NCBI GenBank assembly: GCA_963833575.1
Contig: CAWHXY010000005.1
Location: 1-64,000 of the forward strand
Source of the DNA: Candidatus Bathyarchaeota archaeon
GTDB taxonomy: Archaea > Thermoproteota > Bathyarchaeia > Bathyarchaeales > Bathycorpusculaceae
Direction of reading: 5' to 3'
Length of the DNA: 64,000 nt
The position numbers and the translations under genes were made by a program. The first letter of the stretch is position 1. Every line of letters starts with the position of its first letter. This document shows, piece after piece, positions 30,692 through 40,558 of the stretch. Below the pieces are notes generated by a model. That model was given only the letters and a program-made list of their open reading frames with translations, made no database searches and had not been told where the DNA came from.

Positions 30692-31099
30692 TTATGTGGG
30701 AGCAGTAGGAGAATCAGGTGCCTTAGTCGTGCTAGCATATCCGGTTGAAAACGGTGTTTGGTATTTGCCAATGTTCTCTCTCATGATGCCGTATGCCTTT
30801 TCCGCTTCGGAGTTAGGCAAGTCGCCCAATGCTAGCGGTTCTCCGCCGAGCCTAAGTTCACATTTGATAGTTGAACGCAATATTCCTTTGTCCAAAACCA
30901 CATTAGCTATGTCCCGGTAATTGTAATCGGTATAATCCTTCTTGAGACCAAGCGCATGACGATGCCGCAGAATCATGCGTTCGTTAGTAAAAACTACAGA
31001 GTCAATATTAATCTTCGGATGGTAGATTTTCTGCTTAATATATAATTCAACCTTCTCGTTTGGACCAAGAATTTTTGCTATATCATCAGGAGCACTCAT
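30692..31099 (-). CDS. bacterial-type PH domain protein
   Basis: LGPNEKV, DSVVFTNERMI and DY..Y.DI.NV..KGILRSTI. Confidence 0.8.
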   Translation of the reverse strand: MSAPDDIAKILGPNEKVELYIKQKIYHPKINIDSVVFTNERMILRHRHALGLKKDYTDYNYRDIANVVLDKGILRSTIKCELRLGGEPLALGDLPNSEAEKAYGIMRENIGKYQTPFSTGYASTTKAPDSPTAPT

Positions 31100-31285
31100 A
31101 ATTTTCAACCAACCTAAATCATTCTTAACTAACAAATACAATTAAGTGATGCGATAAATAGCCTTGTGACTGTAAGCATACAGCGACAAAAGTGAACTGT
31201 TATTATTTTTCATTTAGTTTTCTAATGATATCTAATTCTGTGAGAATTATTTGCCAGGTTTTGCACCAAGTATTTAAGGCTCTAA

Positions 31286-31540
31286 CTAGTACTTTATTAC
31301 TTCTGCTTCTGCTGTTGTGTCGCCAATCCGATTTATCTTTATTTTGACATGTTCGCCAGTCTTTGTGCTTGCAACGTGTATTACTAAACCTTCAATTCTA
31401 GCAATGCCTTCCCCTTTTGGGCTGCATTCCACAATATCCACTTCTAATACTTCGCCCACTTTAACAGGGTAACGTTTAAACCCCTTGCCATGACCACGTC
31501 TTCCCTCGTAACTACCACCTTGTCTTTTTGAATAACTCAT
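31286..31540 (-). CDS. single TRAM-domain protein (archaeal cold-shock-like RNA chaperone)
   Basis: PVKVGEVLEVDI...KGEGIARIEGLVIHV..TK.GE.VKIKI, with an RG-rich N-terminus. Confidence 0.9.
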   Translation of the reverse strand: MSYSKRQGGSYEGRRGHGKGFKRYPVKVGEVLEVDIVECSPKGEGIARIEGLVIHVASTKTGEHVKIKINRIGDTTAEAEVIKY

Positions 31541-31914
31541 AATAATTGCCTTTCCTTGTTAAAAATATCCGATAAAACAATGGCATTCTAATGTTTAAGG
31601 ATTTTCACATGGCCTCTTTTTCTTTTTGCTTTGTTAGTTAAACGATTATAGCTTCTTTTTCTTGTTTCTATAGCGACAATTTCAGCCAGTTTAGTTTTAA
31701 GTGCTGTATTTTCTTCCATTATTGTAGTAATCAGTTTCATGTTTTTTATCATTTGTTGGTGTTATCTTACACCCACATTTGTTTAATAGTTATGAACGGT
31801 CTTCTGTAACAAGAGAAAGGAAAGGCTTCATTTAATTTGTCAATTCGGAACCAACCAACACCATCGATTAAATCATTTGTTAATTATTTCGTTCCCTTGA
31901 CCGACCCATGATTC

Positions 31915-32664
31915 TTGAAATTCTCGCAGAAAATTGAATTTCCCTATATATTTGGAGAACTAAAAATGTTTGGACAAAGGTATGAACCCACGCAACCTGT
32001 TAACATATTTATTGCCGCCCTTAACGAAGAAGAAGGAGTTGGTGCCACCATATCTGAGCTTTCAGAGAGCATAAATGCGAAGCGTATTCTATTGATTGAT
32101 GGTCACAGCTGTGACCGGACAGTTGATGTCGCCAAAGATCATGGGGCAGAAATCTTTTTTCAAGACGGCAAAGGTAAAGGTAATGCCTTAGCCAAGGCTG
32201 TGCAGTGCATGGGTACCGATGTTGAGTATGTGGTTATCACTGATGCAGACTTTACTTATCCAGCCGAGCATGTACCGGAAATGATCCAGATCCTCGAAAA
32301 CATGCCACAGGTAGGCATGGTTTGTGGGAACAGATTCAGTGAACAAACAAGGGGAAGCGCTTTTCAAGGTCGGTTTACATTTGGAAATAAACTATTGGCT
32401 TTTGCTCATAGTTTTTTTAACGGTATAAATTTACAAGATCCATTAACCGGATTGAGAGTTATCCGAGCAGATATACTTCGGAAATGGGTCATTAAGTCAA
32501 AAGGTTTTGACATAGAAGTGGAATTGAATCATCAGGTTGGAAAACAAGGATTTGAGACTATCGAAGTCCCAATTGAGTACCGAGAGCGATTGGGCGAGAA
32601 AAAATTGAAAATGAAACATGGTGCGACTATTCTAAAGAGAATTCTATTTGAAAGCTTGAATTGA
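31915..32664 (+). CDS. GT2 glycosyltransferase (Dol-P-Man synthase-like)
   Basis: AALNEE, DGHSCDRT, DADFTYP, DPLTG and FDIEVE; probable start at 31966. Confidence 0.9.
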   Translation: MKFSQKIEFPYIFGELKMFGQRYEPTQPVNIFIAALNEEEGVGATISELSESINAKRILLIDGHSCDRTVDVAKDHGAEIFFQDGKGKGNALAKAVQCMGTDVEYVVITDADFTYPAEHVPEMIQILENMPQVGMVCGNRFSEQTRGSAFQGRFTFGNKLLAFAHSFFNGINLQDPLTGLRVIRADILRKWVIKSKGFDIEVELNHQVGKQGFETIEVPIEYRERLGEKKLKMKHGATILKRILFESLN

Positions 32665-33095
32665 AATCCTTGCTGAGTTCTAAAAAGGACTTAAACATGT
32701 TTGAGTTCAAAACTTTGTAGACTCACCTTAGGGCTTCGTAATTCTTTAATTATTTCTTTAACTCATTTTATCTTTGTGTAGTATTGTTGTTGTCTAGTTA
32801 TAACCTTTTGGAGTTTTTCTTCTTGACAACTTATCCTTGTAATAAGGAAGGGATTTAGATGCCAAAAATGTGCGATAATAAAACACTAGTAGAAAAGGTT
32901 GTGTGCCTTCACATCTAAAGAAACCAAATTTTAACTAACACTCTTTTATACAAATCACTCAATGACAGTAAGCATGGAGAAAATTCCGGAAAAAACTCCA
33001 AAAATTGACAAAACGTCTCCGTTAAGAGCCTAACCGAACCTAAAACAGCAAGCTTTAATTAAAGCTTCTAACTTACATTAAATTGAGGTTTTTAG

Positions 33096-33503
33096 TTGAT
33101 TATTGCAGGTTTTGATGTGTCTTTTCCGGGCATACTTTACACTTTAGTTGGTCTGATTATTCTTTGGATAATTGTTTCTATTCCTGTTTGGCTTGCTGGA
33201 AAAGCAGTAACTGGAGGGAAAGCGACTTTTGGAGATGCTTTATTGGCAACGCTTGCTGGACCGATTATCTATTTCGTCGTTGTTTTTTTGGTGGGCTTTT
33301 TCCTCGGAGGTTGGGCTTTGGTTTTCGGTTACATTTTGGCGCTTATCGCTTGGATTTGGGTTTTCAAGGCAAGTTTCCAAACAGGCTGGCTTAGAGCAAT
33401 TCTCATAGCAATTCTTGCATGGGTCATCTTTGTCGTTTTGAGCATAATAATTGGTGCTCTTTTTGGAATAGTATATCCTGCGCCGTTTTTCCCGAAAATC
33501 TAG
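33096..33503 (+). CDS. four-TM membrane protein
   Basis: GAGGT RBS and hydrophobic helices. Confidence 0.7.
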   Translation: MIIAGFDVSFPGILYTLVGLIILWIIVSIPVWLAGKAVTGGKATFGDALLATLAGPIIYFVVVFLVGFFLGGWALVFGYILALIAWIWVFKASFQTGWLRAILIAILAWVIFVVLSIIIGALFGIVYPAPFFPKI

Positions 33504-33574
33504 AAAAATCATCGTGTTAGGAACGTACATAGGAAGATTAGACACAATTTAAGCCATGTTACCGGCTGTTCGCT

Positions 33575-33790
33575 TATTGGAGGTTCAATATCAAATTTTG
33601 TACAGTTTCCTAATTCGCTCTTAAATGCCACAGTACCGTTTAATGCCTGTGTTAATTTTTTAAACCACTGCCAAACCAGATCCTTGGTCTTTAGGTTTCG
33701 TTGTAACCAAAGGCATGAATATTTTTTCTCTCTGCTCAAAAGGCATGCATTGCCCAGAGTTTTCAACGCTTAAAAATCTTATTCTAACAC
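33575..33790 (-). pseudogene. degenerate histidine kinase HATPase_c fragment
   Basis: ENSGQCMPFEQREKIFMPLVTTKPKDQGSGLAVV, then a frameshift to KKLTQALNGTVAFKSELGNCTKFDI (eroded G1, F and G2 boxes). Confidence 0.75.
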
Positions 33791-33827
33791 AGAATAAGTT
33801 AACTCGTTTGAAGAGAACGGAAAGAAA

Positions 33828-34102
33828 ATGTCTTGCCCAAGTTGTGGAGTAAATGTCGGAAAGGGGGATCTGTTTGCACGGGCTTGCGGAAGAAATTATC
33901 AGACAATCAAGAAACTGAACTTTATTCGTTTGGTCATGGTTTAGTAAATGTATGTTTTGGTCGCCCCGGAACTTTTGTTTTATACAAAAGAACTGTAGCA
34001 AAATTGTTCTTGCAAACCAAAAAATTTGTGAGTAATCTACTTGAATTAATTCTACAAGGCTTCAGGTTTCACACTCTGACATTCCGGCAAAAGAAAGCTT
34101 AA
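33828..34102 (+). pseudogene. degenerate zinc-ribbon protein
   Basis: MSCPSCG..VGKGDLF, then frame breaks through the second CxxCG; a continuation is visible in ORF 33833..34102. Confidence 0.45.
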
Positions 34103-34533
34103 ACTACCCACACTTTTCATCTTTGGAGTATTTTATGGCTTAAGTATAAAGAAGCCGAGAAAATCAAGGAAATACCGACAATATATTTTAGGTCCAATTC
34201 GACGCATATCAGTTATGCTTTTAGAAATATTAACGCAAACTAGAATAGTTCTTTGCCGAAGGAGATTCTGGCTAAACCTCTTTCTTAAGTTTCAAAATCA
34301 ACTTTACTCTTTTCTGCCTCTTTCCCTTTCGTCTTCTGTTTCAACAGGAACCATGCGATACCGCCGTAATATTGCTTGTCAGTCATTTTATCTGCCTCAA
34401 CTTCACTGAGCTGTTTCTATTCTTATGGTTTTTTGAGAAGCTCAATAACGTTTATTGTCAAGTTTGACGAGAACTTTGCAAACGTGATTTAACAAAGCGT
34501 ATGAAGTTTGGCGCACACCCGTGAAGAGTTTGT

Positions 34534-34610
34534 TTGGGGACAATTGGGGACAGTTAGGGTCAATTCTAGACGTAACCTGCAACCCACTCAAAACCTAAAA
34601 CAAGAAAGCA
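34534..34610 (+). repeat. 10-bp-array/ACCTGCAA element, copy A
   Basis: TTGGGGACAA TTGGGGACAG TTAGGGTCAA TTCTAGACGT AACCTGCAA-N18-CAAGAAAGCA. Confidence 0.85.
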
Positions 34611-34785
34611 CCCCAAAACAAAAAAATTGCAGTAATACACATGAGCTAAGAGTTGCTGATTGAAGTAATGCAAGATCTGCATTCTGCTCCATTTTTCTTT
34701 TTTCTTCCTATTCTCATTTTAGTAATATGCCTTAAAAGCACATTAGACATTTAATGAGAGCTTAACATAGATGTAACCGATAAAC

Positions 34786-36883
34786 GTGGGCTACATGCAA
34801 CCTAAAAGACTAAGTGCCGAAAGGATTGCTTTAGAATTGAATCAGCATAGGCTAGCAGTGGCCATAAAGTTTTCTGTCGTAATTATTGGAGTTATAGCGT
34901 TTTATTTGCAAGATTTAACTTTGGTTTTTTCTAACGCGTTGAGCGATGAATCCACTTATCATATATTGGCTATTCCTTTTCTTTTTGGCTATTTAGTGTA
35001 TCGTAAAAGAGCAATGATTAGCGCAAGTTTTAGCCAGCAAAAACAAACAAAATCTTTCATCCAAAAAAACTTCACATTGCTTGTAGGTATCCTGCTTTTT
35101 GCAACAGCGGTTCTTGTGTATTGGTTTGGCTCCTACACCTTCACACCTCTGGAATATCACATGCTTACTCTGCCAATTTTTACAGCTGGAATAATATTAA
35201 TCCTCTTCAATGGCCAAACTCTCAAGCAACTTGCCTTCCCCATAATTTTCCTGTTTTTCTTAACCCCTCCACCCAGCGATATTCTCTATAGCGTAGGTTC
35301 AACCCTCTCCGACCTAAGCGCGCACGCATCAAACTCACTGGCAAACGCTTTTGGTATGGCATCAACAATTACTGCTCAATACGGCAGTCCAATAATAACA
35401 CTCACAAGAGCTGATCATACAATAATGAATTTCAGCGTAGACGTTGCGTGTTCAGGAGTCTACAGCCTAATCGGATTTGCAATATTCGCAGTCTTCATAG
35501 CATACATAACAAGAGGTAAACTGTGGACCAAAGTCGGAATACTACTCTTAGGGATACCGCTCATAATTGCCCTAAACATAATACGTATAACAACCATACT
35601 AGGCATCGGCTACAACTTCGGCGACCAACTAGCCCTACAAATCTTCCACGCAGTAGGCGCAACAGTACTAATGTTCATCGGCACCCTGATACTATTGGCA
35701 ACAACCGAAAAATTCGTAAAAAAACCCAAACCTATAGAGCCATGCCCAACATGCAACCTAAACACGCAAAACTTACAAACAGAAAAATTCTGTCCAAATT
35801 GCGGTAAACTGCACCTGTTCCCAAGAATAAAGCTGAACAAAAATGCCCTCGCAAAAATTGCTGCTGTAGCCATAGTAATCATTATCCTTCTAAGCATCCA
35901 AGCTCCAGTATTCGAATTAACTGAAGGACCAGCAGAAGTCCTAGTCCGAACGCCTTCAGGCATACAGCCCAATACGCAAATTCTTCCGTTACCCCCTGTC
36001 GAAGGATACAATCTTAGTTATGTCTACCGAGATACTAACTTTGAGAAAGTCTCCGGTGAAGATGCCTCATTAGTTTACGCTTATGGATCAACAGACACTT
36101 CAAAACAAACTATTTGGGTGGCATTAGAACTAGCTTCAACTGTTGGTCCTCTTCACCGTTGGGAAACCTGTCTAATCAATTACCCTATAAGCCAAGGATT
36201 ACAACCAAAAGTAACACAACTAGATCTGAGAGATGTACAGACCCAAGCCAACCCTCCTATCGTCGGCCGCTATTTCGCTTTCCAATACCGTTCAACTAAC
36301 CAAACCCAAGTGGTCCTCTACTGGTTTGAAACGGCCACTTTCACAGTAAATGGCACATCAGAACAGAAACAAGCGAAAATTAGTCTTGTGATGTATCCTC
36401 AATCCACTGCAGATGTTCCTCAAGCAGAGAAGACACTTTTAGTTGTAGCTGAAGCATCAAACAATTATTGGCAACCCATAAAAACGTGGACTACAATCTC
36501 ATTGACTATAAGCCAAAATGGCTTAGCATTATCCACCATTGCTGTAGCAATGTTGGTTGTGCTCCTAATTTTCAATCTTATCTTCACCGAAATCATAAAT
36601 CCTCACTATTAAAAATGTACTCTAAACTCCCAAACAAAATCAACTGCTTGTTACGGCGGTAGATAACGCTCAGAAACAAGGTAGCCCAACGACAGAAGGT
36701 ATAGCCAATGAACTAGAAAAACTAACAAACACGCAAACAGACAGAATAACGCTTAAACAAGAACTTCAAGATGCAGAAAACAGCGGGCTAATAGAAAAAA
36801 CATTGGTAAATCGTGAAGATAAGGCTTCGTTTGCCTGGCGAAACCTATTAACAACCAGGAATATTTTCAAGCGCTTCCGTTAA
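34786..36883 (+). CDS. exosortase/archaeosortase-family protein with Zn ribbon, EpsI-like domain and frameshifted C-terminal soluble domain
   Basis: Catalytic triad context DVACSG, LNIIRI and IFH; CPTC/CPNCG; LHRWETC and VVLYWF. Reading continues past 36612 via two -1 shifts to TAA at 36883. Confidence 0.8.
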
Positions 36884-37012
36884 CTCGATTTATCTATCGT
36901 TCACTCGAGTCAACTGCGACCATCTGCTGTTTAAGCATTAACTCGGCTTCTTAAACGATAATTGCTCAAATGGCCTTAATCCGCTGAACCTTAATTAAAT
37001 GACCAGCCGATT

Positions 37013-37264
37013 CTAACTTTCCCAGAAGTATTGACTGGATGCAATTAAAGCATTTGTAGAAATAAAATAACGTTCGCTATCTAGTAGCAGACTCAGTTTA
37101 TGTTGATTGACAAAATCTTTTATTGATAAAAGATCATCGCTGTTGACCAAGCTTTGTTCAATGGTTAAAACAAATCCATCATTTATAGTATCGAGCATTT
37201 TTACATCTAAACTATAATTTGCTCCAATTTGCCTTTTAAAGACCATAGCTTCAAATATTTTCAA
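37013..37264 (-). CDS. hypothetical protein
   Basis: GAGGA RBS and a plausible 83-aa ORF. Confidence 0.5.
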   Translation of the reverse strand: MKIFEAMVFKRQIGANYSLDVKMLDTINDGFVLTIEQSLVNSDDLLSIKDFVNQHKLSLLLDSERYFISTNALIASSQYFWES

Positions 37265-37436
37265 TTTTTTTTATCCTCGCCCATCCAAATTTAATCGCTA
37301 CACTTACCAAAAATATCTGGACAGGTGGCTACAAACTTGGTTATTTTACTATAACCACATGAGTACTCTTAAGGGTTCTCGTAAAATAAAGAAGAAGACT
37401 AAATGCTTGTCGCAAAAGATTACTTTCTGGTAGATG

Positions 37437-37817
37437 CTAGGATTGCGTGTTGAACAGTGGGCTGGAAATTATCATGTCTGCGGTTGCTCTATTGCAGGCA
37501 GTTGGAATATTGTATAGTACAGCTAGTCTAAGAACAGCTTTAACATCAACGTCATGAGGCTGAGACTCCAAAGGATCCCAAAAGAAAATGAGAATATCAA
37601 GTTTTTTGTTGGCGATTAAAGCTCCAAGCTCCATGTCTCCGCCGTATGGTCCACTTTTTAGCAGATTTATTTGTAATCCTGTTTTGTCAATTATTTGTTG
37701 GCCAGTGGTTCCTGTTGCGAACAGAAAATAGTGAGATAAAGTTCCTTTATTGAAATCACACCACTCAACAATATCTTTTTTCTTGTTGTCATGTGCGACT
37801 AATGCAATAGTTTTCAT
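37437..37817 (-). CDS. mgsA: methylglyoxal synthase
   Basis: IALVAHDNKK, ATGTTG, SGPYGGD, FFWDPL..QPHDVDVKAVLR and PTACNRATAD. Confidence 0.95.
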   Translation of the reverse strand: MKTIALVAHDNKKKDIVEWCDFNKGTLSHYFLFATGTTGQQIIDKTGLQINLLKSGPYGGDMELGALIANKKLDILIFFWDPLESQPHDVDVKAVLRLAVLYNIPTACNRATADMIISSPLFNTQS

Positions 37818-38119
37818 GTGGGGTCTTTCCCAGTTTGTAGTAGCTCTAATTAAAACATCAAATAAAAACATACACGACTTTATCAGATTATTTCATGAAC
37901 ATTTCGGCTCTTTTCTTTTATTTAGACGTCTTTTTAACCTGACTTAATTCCAAAAAAGGCAATTAAATGGTAAAATTAAATTTTCTAAGTGTCTAGCCTA
38001 TATACTCAATGTGCATTATTTGATAAGTGTCGGAATAATTCAAGAAAGAGTAATATTTGAATCGAGGAGAACCTGCTTTTTCAAGAGAATTTCTGGCATA
38101 CATTTCATGAGGGGAAAAT

Positions 38120-38746
38120 TTGAATCAAAAAAAGCCAACGATTATGGAGCATCTTGCTTTTCTTTCCGTGAGGCAGGGAATCTACCTAGCAGAACTCTAC
38201 CAAGCCATGGTTGAAGCCAGAGAAAAAGGAAAAGTCAAGTGTCAACATCTGTTGGTTGAATATCGTTGCAGCCTAAAAGACGAAGCCATTTTTCTAATTA
38301 CTAAAGATTCCAAGGTTGTACTGCAGTTTCGGGTTGCTGAAGAACTTCTACTCAGAAAAGATATCTGCTTTGAAAACTGGATGGACACCGACAAAGTGCG
38401 TAAACAAATGAACCGTCAAAGCATATCACCTAAACTTTCCGTTCTAGTGCAAGATCTGCGCCACGGGATGAAAAAAATTAATATTGAAGCCAAAGTCCTT
38501 GAGATTCCAACACCGGCAACAGTTCAAACTCGATATGGAAATAGCGCCAGAGTGACTAATGCTTGGGTAGCTGATGAGACCGGTAGAATAAAGCTTTGTT
38601 TATGGAATGAACAAGCTGATCTTGTTAATGTCGGCGATACGGTTCAGATTAAAAATGCTTCTGTTTCTACATTTAAAGGTGAAAGGCAGCTTCGTTTGGG
38701 CAAAAAAGGAACTGTGAGTGTACTTCCAAGCCTCTTAATAAAATAA
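38120..38746 (+). CDS. OB-fold single-stranded DNA-binding-like protein with N-terminal extra domain
   Basis: C-terminal DLRHGMKKINIEAKVLE..ADETGRIKLCLW..GDTVQIKNA.V..FKGE.QLRLGK is crenarchaeal SSB/RPA-like. Confidence 0.85.
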   Translation: MNQKKPTIMEHLAFLSVRQGIYLAELYQAMVEAREKGKVKCQHLLVEYRCSLKDEAIFLITKDSKVVLQFRVAEELLLRKDICFENWMDTDKVRKQMNRQSISPKLSVLVQDLRHGMKKINIEAKVLEIPTPATVQTRYGNSARVTNAWVADETGRIKLCLWNEQADLVNVGDTVQIKNASVSTFKGERQLRLGKKGTVSVLPSLLIK

Positions 38747-38830
38747 ACAATACCCTTTCGCAAATAATACTTTTCTTTTCATTTGATTAATAGGTCAAAG
38801 CATAGACGCCATTATTGGAAAAGCCCCTCT

Positions 38831-39073
38831 TTAAATTTGGTTAGGCTGTTTTATCCATACTTTTACCTTGCTTTGAACTCTTATTCTTGACTCTGTACTC
38901 ATCAACCTGACTTGCGCCTGAACAAACCTGTTATCGGTGCATTTGAACTCCTTTTTAATTGCATCCTCTAGCTTTGGCAATGAAATATGTTCTTTCCAAC
39001 CGACTTGGCTCCAAAGTTGAATCTGTATTTTCTCCCTTTTACGTGAAGCTTCGGTCTCTGAAATAGATGCCAT
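38831..39073 (-). CDS. small hypothetical protein (possible winged helix)
   Basis: 80-aa ORF with a helix-helix-hairpin-like pattern. Confidence 0.5.
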   Translation of the reverse strand: MASISETEASRKREKIQIQLWSQVGWKEHISLPKLEDAIKKEFKCTDNRFVQAQVRLMSTESRIRVQSKVKVWIKQPNQI

Positions 39074-39350
39074 TCTACTCAGTATAATGATTTTACGAAC
39101 AAGTTGATATCAATTTTTGGGAAAAAAATCGCCTTAAAGCTTCCCTGATTTTGAATACAACGTAATGTAACAAATTCTGTCCTTTTACAATTTTGCATTT
39201 TCTTAAAGTTAGCTTGAAAGAAACCAATTCCCAATTAAAAAACAAACTAAATCAAGTTTTTCTCAAAACTGAGCAGATTCCAAGATAGACAAATATTATT
39301 GGTCTAAGCTTAGGATTTTCTTAACTGAATAAAGGCGATTGTTTGCAATT

Positions 39351-39468
39351 GAACTAGCTTAAACTAGATTGAACTAGCTTAAACTAGATTGAAATAGATT
39401 AAACTAGATTAAAAAAGATTAAAATGTACTCAACCTGCAAACGTTTAAAGCCTTGAACCAAAAAAGCA
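39351..39468 (+). repeat. 10-bp-array/ACCTGCAA element, copy B
   Basis: Seven units of RAAMWAGMTT (39351..39420), then AAAATGTACT CAACCTGCAA-N18-CAAAAAAGCA. Confidence 0.9.
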
Positions 39469-39570
39469 GTCCAAAACAAAACGGAAAAAATTTTCCCTCG
39501 AAATCGTCTTTCAAATTTTTGATCAGAAAATCATTTTTTAGGCTGACCTTAACCATTCCATCTCGATTGT

Positions 39571-39680
39571 CTAATAATGTCTAAAAATGTCAAATCGTGT
39601 CAATTCGTGTCAAATCGTGTCAAATTATGTCAAAAAATGTATCAACCTGCAACCAATCCAAGCCCTAAATCAAAAAAGCA
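39571..39680 (+). repeat. 10-bp-array/ACCTGCAA element, copy C
   Basis: Seven units of CWAWWHRTGT (for example CAAATCGTGT; 39571..39640), then AT CAACCTGCAA-N18-CAAAAAAGCA. Confidence 0.9.
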
Positions 39681-39763
39681 ACTCAAAGCCAGCTCAAAAA
39701 AATTGACATCGACTTCCAAAACTCCAAACTCACTCTCCAACAATTAGAAATTTTAGAAGTCTT

Positions 39764-39834
39764 TTTGGGGCAATTGGGGACAATTCTAGACGCAACCTGC
39801 AAACGATCCAAAGCCCAATTTAGAAAAATTGGGC
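39764..39834 (+). repeat. 10-bp-array/ACCTGCAA element, copy D
   Basis: TTTGGGGCAA TTGGGGACAA TTCTAGACG CAACCTGCAA. The downstream box is replaced by the hairpin GCCCAATTT-AGAA-AAATTGGGC. Confidence 0.8.
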
Positions 39835-39928
39835 CAAAATACAAAGAACAAAGTGCACCAAAACAAGCAACAAATCCTAGTTTGCTATTGACATAAGTAC
39901 CCGCTTAAGAGCTTTCCAATAGTTTCGT

Positions 39929-40558
39929 TCACTGGCAAGTTGTAGACTGCTGACCTAGGAGCACTCGAAACCCGCTTTCCCTCTCGAGTACTTGGCAGTT
40001 TCCAAAGACCCTGTTAAACAGAGTTGGCAAAGCTTTTACTCCGATTTTAGATCGAATGACCATTTGAAAAGTGCCTTTGTCAGCCATAACTTTTGGAGCT
40101 TGAGAAATTATTGCTTTCACTGTTTCCATTCCTGCACTTACAGGTGGATTCGAAAGAACACAATCAAAAATTGAACCTTCAACTGGTTCATATAGATGGC
40201 CATAACGCACTTCAATGTTTGATACTTTGTTTAAGACAACATTTTTCTTGGCTAAACGTACTGCTCTTACATTCACATCCGTCATGATCACGCGTAGTTT
40301 TGGATTAAGTTTAGCTGCAGCCATTCCAACTGCGCCGTATCCACAGCCAATATCCAAAATACAACCTGTTTTAGGTAAAATCATGGATTCAATCAGTAAA
40401 CGGGATCCGACGTCAACTCGTCTCTTCGAAAAAACGCTCGAAGCAGTGAGAAACTCGAAGCTTCTGCCGCATAGGCTGGTTCGAACTAAACCGAACCTTT
40501 CCACAGACTTGGGTTCAGCCACGAAATAATGATCTGCGTTATTGTTGCTAGGGTTCAT
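39929..40558 (-). CDS. class I SAM-dependent methyltransferase (RsmC/MTS-like)
   Basis: HYF, VFS...VD.GSRLL, LDIGCGYG and SNPP. Confidence 0.9.
   Translation of the reverse strand: MNPSNNNADHYFVAEPKSVERFGLVRTSLCGRSFEFLTASSVFSKRRVDVGSRLLIESMILPKTGCILDIGCGYGAVGMAAAKLNPKLRVIMTDVNVRAVRLAKKNVVLNKVSNIEVRYGHLYEPVEGSIFDCVLSNPPVSAGMETVKAIISQAPKVMADKGTFQMVIRSKIGVKALPTLFNRVFGNCQVLERESGFRVLLGQQSTTCQ

Noticed and set aside
39351-39834. CRISPR array interpretation of the repeats
   Set aside because: Units are 10-bp tandem copies without unique 30-40-nt spacers, anchors are irregularly spaced, and no cas genes are present.
39100-39900. Replication origin
   Set aside because: The region is AT-rich with repeats, but I see no ORB-like TCCA.TGGAAA/G-string boxes and no adjacent cdc6/orc1. 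Similar elements also occur elsewhere in the window.
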